Source: Eledone cirrhosa
Lineage: Eukaryota
Direction: 5' to 3'
Assembly (NCBI GenBank): GCA_964016885.1
Contig: OZ024752.1
Span: 23,994,001-24,058,000 of the forward strand
DNA length: 64,000 bases
The notes below the pieces were generated by a model, which was given only the letters and a program-made list of their open reading frames with translations, did not search any database and was not told where the DNA came from. Both the position numbers and the translations under genes were made by a program. This document shows, piece after piece, positions 61,862 to 64,000 of the stretch; position 1 is the stretch's first letter; each line of letters opens with the position of its first letter.

Positions 61862-63800
61862 CAAGCATGTTCTACAACGTGAGGACCAAAAACGTGAGGT
61901 GTTCAGGATTGCCAGGCAATGTGTCAAGGAAAACCGTGATATTGTCGGGGAGAAGTGTGTACTTAACGATGATGGCATACTTGCCATCACCGACGCTGAT
62001 AAGAAGGTAGCTTGGAAGTGTCACTACGAAAGGCTTCTAAATGAGGAGAACAAATGGGAGAAAGACAGTCTCCCCCAGATCGATCCAATAGAGGGACCAG
62101 CAGTGTTAGTTGAAGGTAGTATAATAAGTAAGGCAATCAAAGATATGAAGACGGGTAAGGCGGCTGGGCCTTCGGAAATAGTTGCTGAGATGCTGAAGGC
62201 ATCTGGTTCGGTGGGACACACCATGGTCACCCGGATAGTTAACCAAGTCGTACAGAATGGGGTTGTTCCGAAGGAATGGCGTAGCAGCATCATCGTTAAC
62301 TGCTATAAGGGAAAAGGAGATGCCCTAGATAGGAGTAACTATAGAGGCATTAAATTAATCGACCAGGTCATGAAGGTCACGGAAAAAGTAATAGCGCAAC
62401 TAATCAGAGAGAGAATTGATCTAGATGAAATGCAGTTCGGGTTTGTGTCAGGCAAAAGTACCACAGACGCTCTTTTCATTGTACGACAACTACAGGAGAA
62501 GTACCTAGCTAAAAGTAAACCCCTATACTTAGCTTTCGTCGACTTGGAGAAAGCCTTCGACAGAGTCCCCCGTTCCATTATCTGGTGGTCTCTTAGAAAA
62601 CTAGGTGTTGACGAATGGCTTGTGAGAGCTATACAAGCCATGTATAAAGAAACAGTCAGTAAGGTTAGAATTAACAACGAATATAGTGAAGAGTTTAGCG
62701 TAAAAGTTGGTGTCCATCAGGGCTCTGTTCTTAGCCCCCTACTATTTATTATTGCCCTTCAGGCTATAACAGAGGAGTTCAAGACCGGCTGCCCATGGGA
62801 ACTCCTATACGCAGATGATCTAACGCTCATAGCTGAATCAATGACCGAACTAGAGAAGAAATTCCAAACATGGAAGCACGGCCTAGAATCAAAAGGCCTT
62901 AAAATTAACCTGGCTAAGACTAAAGTTCTAGTTTGTAGGAAAGAAAATAAGGCGGCGGTCCCATCTGGGAAATGGCCATGCTCAGTGTGTAGGAAAGGCG
63001 TAGGTAGAAACTCCATTTTATGTCCCAAATGCAAAGTATGGGTGCATAAAAGATGTAGTGGGATCACAGGTAAGCTAACTAAGAACATAGATTTTACATG
63101 TGGCCGGTGCTCTGGTGCAATAAGTAGCAGCAAGTGCCCACAAAATACTAGCTCCTTCAACTGCGCAGAGGGTTCTATAGAAATAGTGGACAGCTTCCGT
63201 TATCTGGGTGACAAAATCAGCAGTGGGGGGGGGGGTGCTCTGAAAGTACAGTAGCTAGAGTCAGAACTGGATGGAAAAAGTTCAGAGAGCTTATACCACT
63301 ATTAGCCGCTAGAGGGTTCTCCCTAAAAATGAAAGGCAGGTTATACGATGCCTGCATACGAACAGCAATGCTGCATGGCAGTGAGACCTGGGCATTGTGT
63401 GCAGAGGATATACGCAGACTAGAGAGGAACGAAGCTTGCATGCTCCGCTGGATGTGCAATAGTAATATACGTGAACGGCAAAGCATAAACGAACTAAGGA
63501 AAAAATTAGAAATAAGAGGGATCAGATGTTGTTTACTCGAGAGAAGGCTACGTTGGTACGGTCACGTGATGCGCATGAAAGACGACAGCTGTATAACAAA
63601 GTGCAGGGCAATAAAGATAGACGGTAGCCACGGAGTAGGCAGACCCAGAAAAACATGGGACGAGCTGATAAATTCCGACCTCACACGCTTACACCTCTCC
63701 AAGACAATGTCACTGGACCGAGACCTTTGGCGGTACTCAGTAATAGAGAAGACCCGCCTTACCTAAATACAAAGTAAAAACCTACTACAGTCAGTAGGCA
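61862..63800 (+). mobile_element. RTE LINE, second subfamily, 5'-truncated, RT nearly intact
   Basis: About 460-aa open RT with LYADDL and a PHD-like finger; one frameshift at the G-run near 63225-63236; C-terminus to 63766. Confidence 0.95.
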
Positions 63801-64000
63801 TCTCTATCAAAACACACCCCCGTCCCACCACCTCCACCCCACTCACACCACCCCTTTCAATGTAAAGTTATGTTGGTACCACAACATCCAGGCCGAAACA
63901 AATGAGATCGTGTAGGTGTCACGACAAAAACACACAGTCCACGCTGTAAATGTGGCCGTGTAGGCAACACGGTAAAAACCTCCCAGCCCCACACTGTAAA

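Overview
This is AT-rich, microsatellite-dense eukaryotic DNA. The SINE, C2H2-ZF and MITE motifs point to a cephalopod, probably octopus (inference). No intact host gene was found, and the many YIYI/CVCV ORFs are translated microsatellites. The window is dominated by mobile DNA. It holds Penelope-like elements (PLEs) of at least three types, three RTE LINE copies, a CsRn1-like Ty3/Gypsy LTR element, three Helitrons, several MITEs and SINE fragments. Three signals stand out. (1) A 4.8-kb, almost perfectly homogeneous array of a 311-bp unit (about 3 copies one way, about 12.4 the other). Every full unit carries a minimal hammerhead ribozyme, which makes it a retrozyme/circRNA-like concatemer. 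(2) More than a dozen unrelated non-coding fold-back insertions sit in (TA)n runs. Many carry hammerhead cores and share an asymmetric arm-plus-tail design, and one embeds a tRNA-like Pol III module. (3) A PLE has an upstream ORF joined to its RT frame by an in-phase T-TTT-TTA slippery site, and is bracketed by 2.7-3.3 kb inverted arms.
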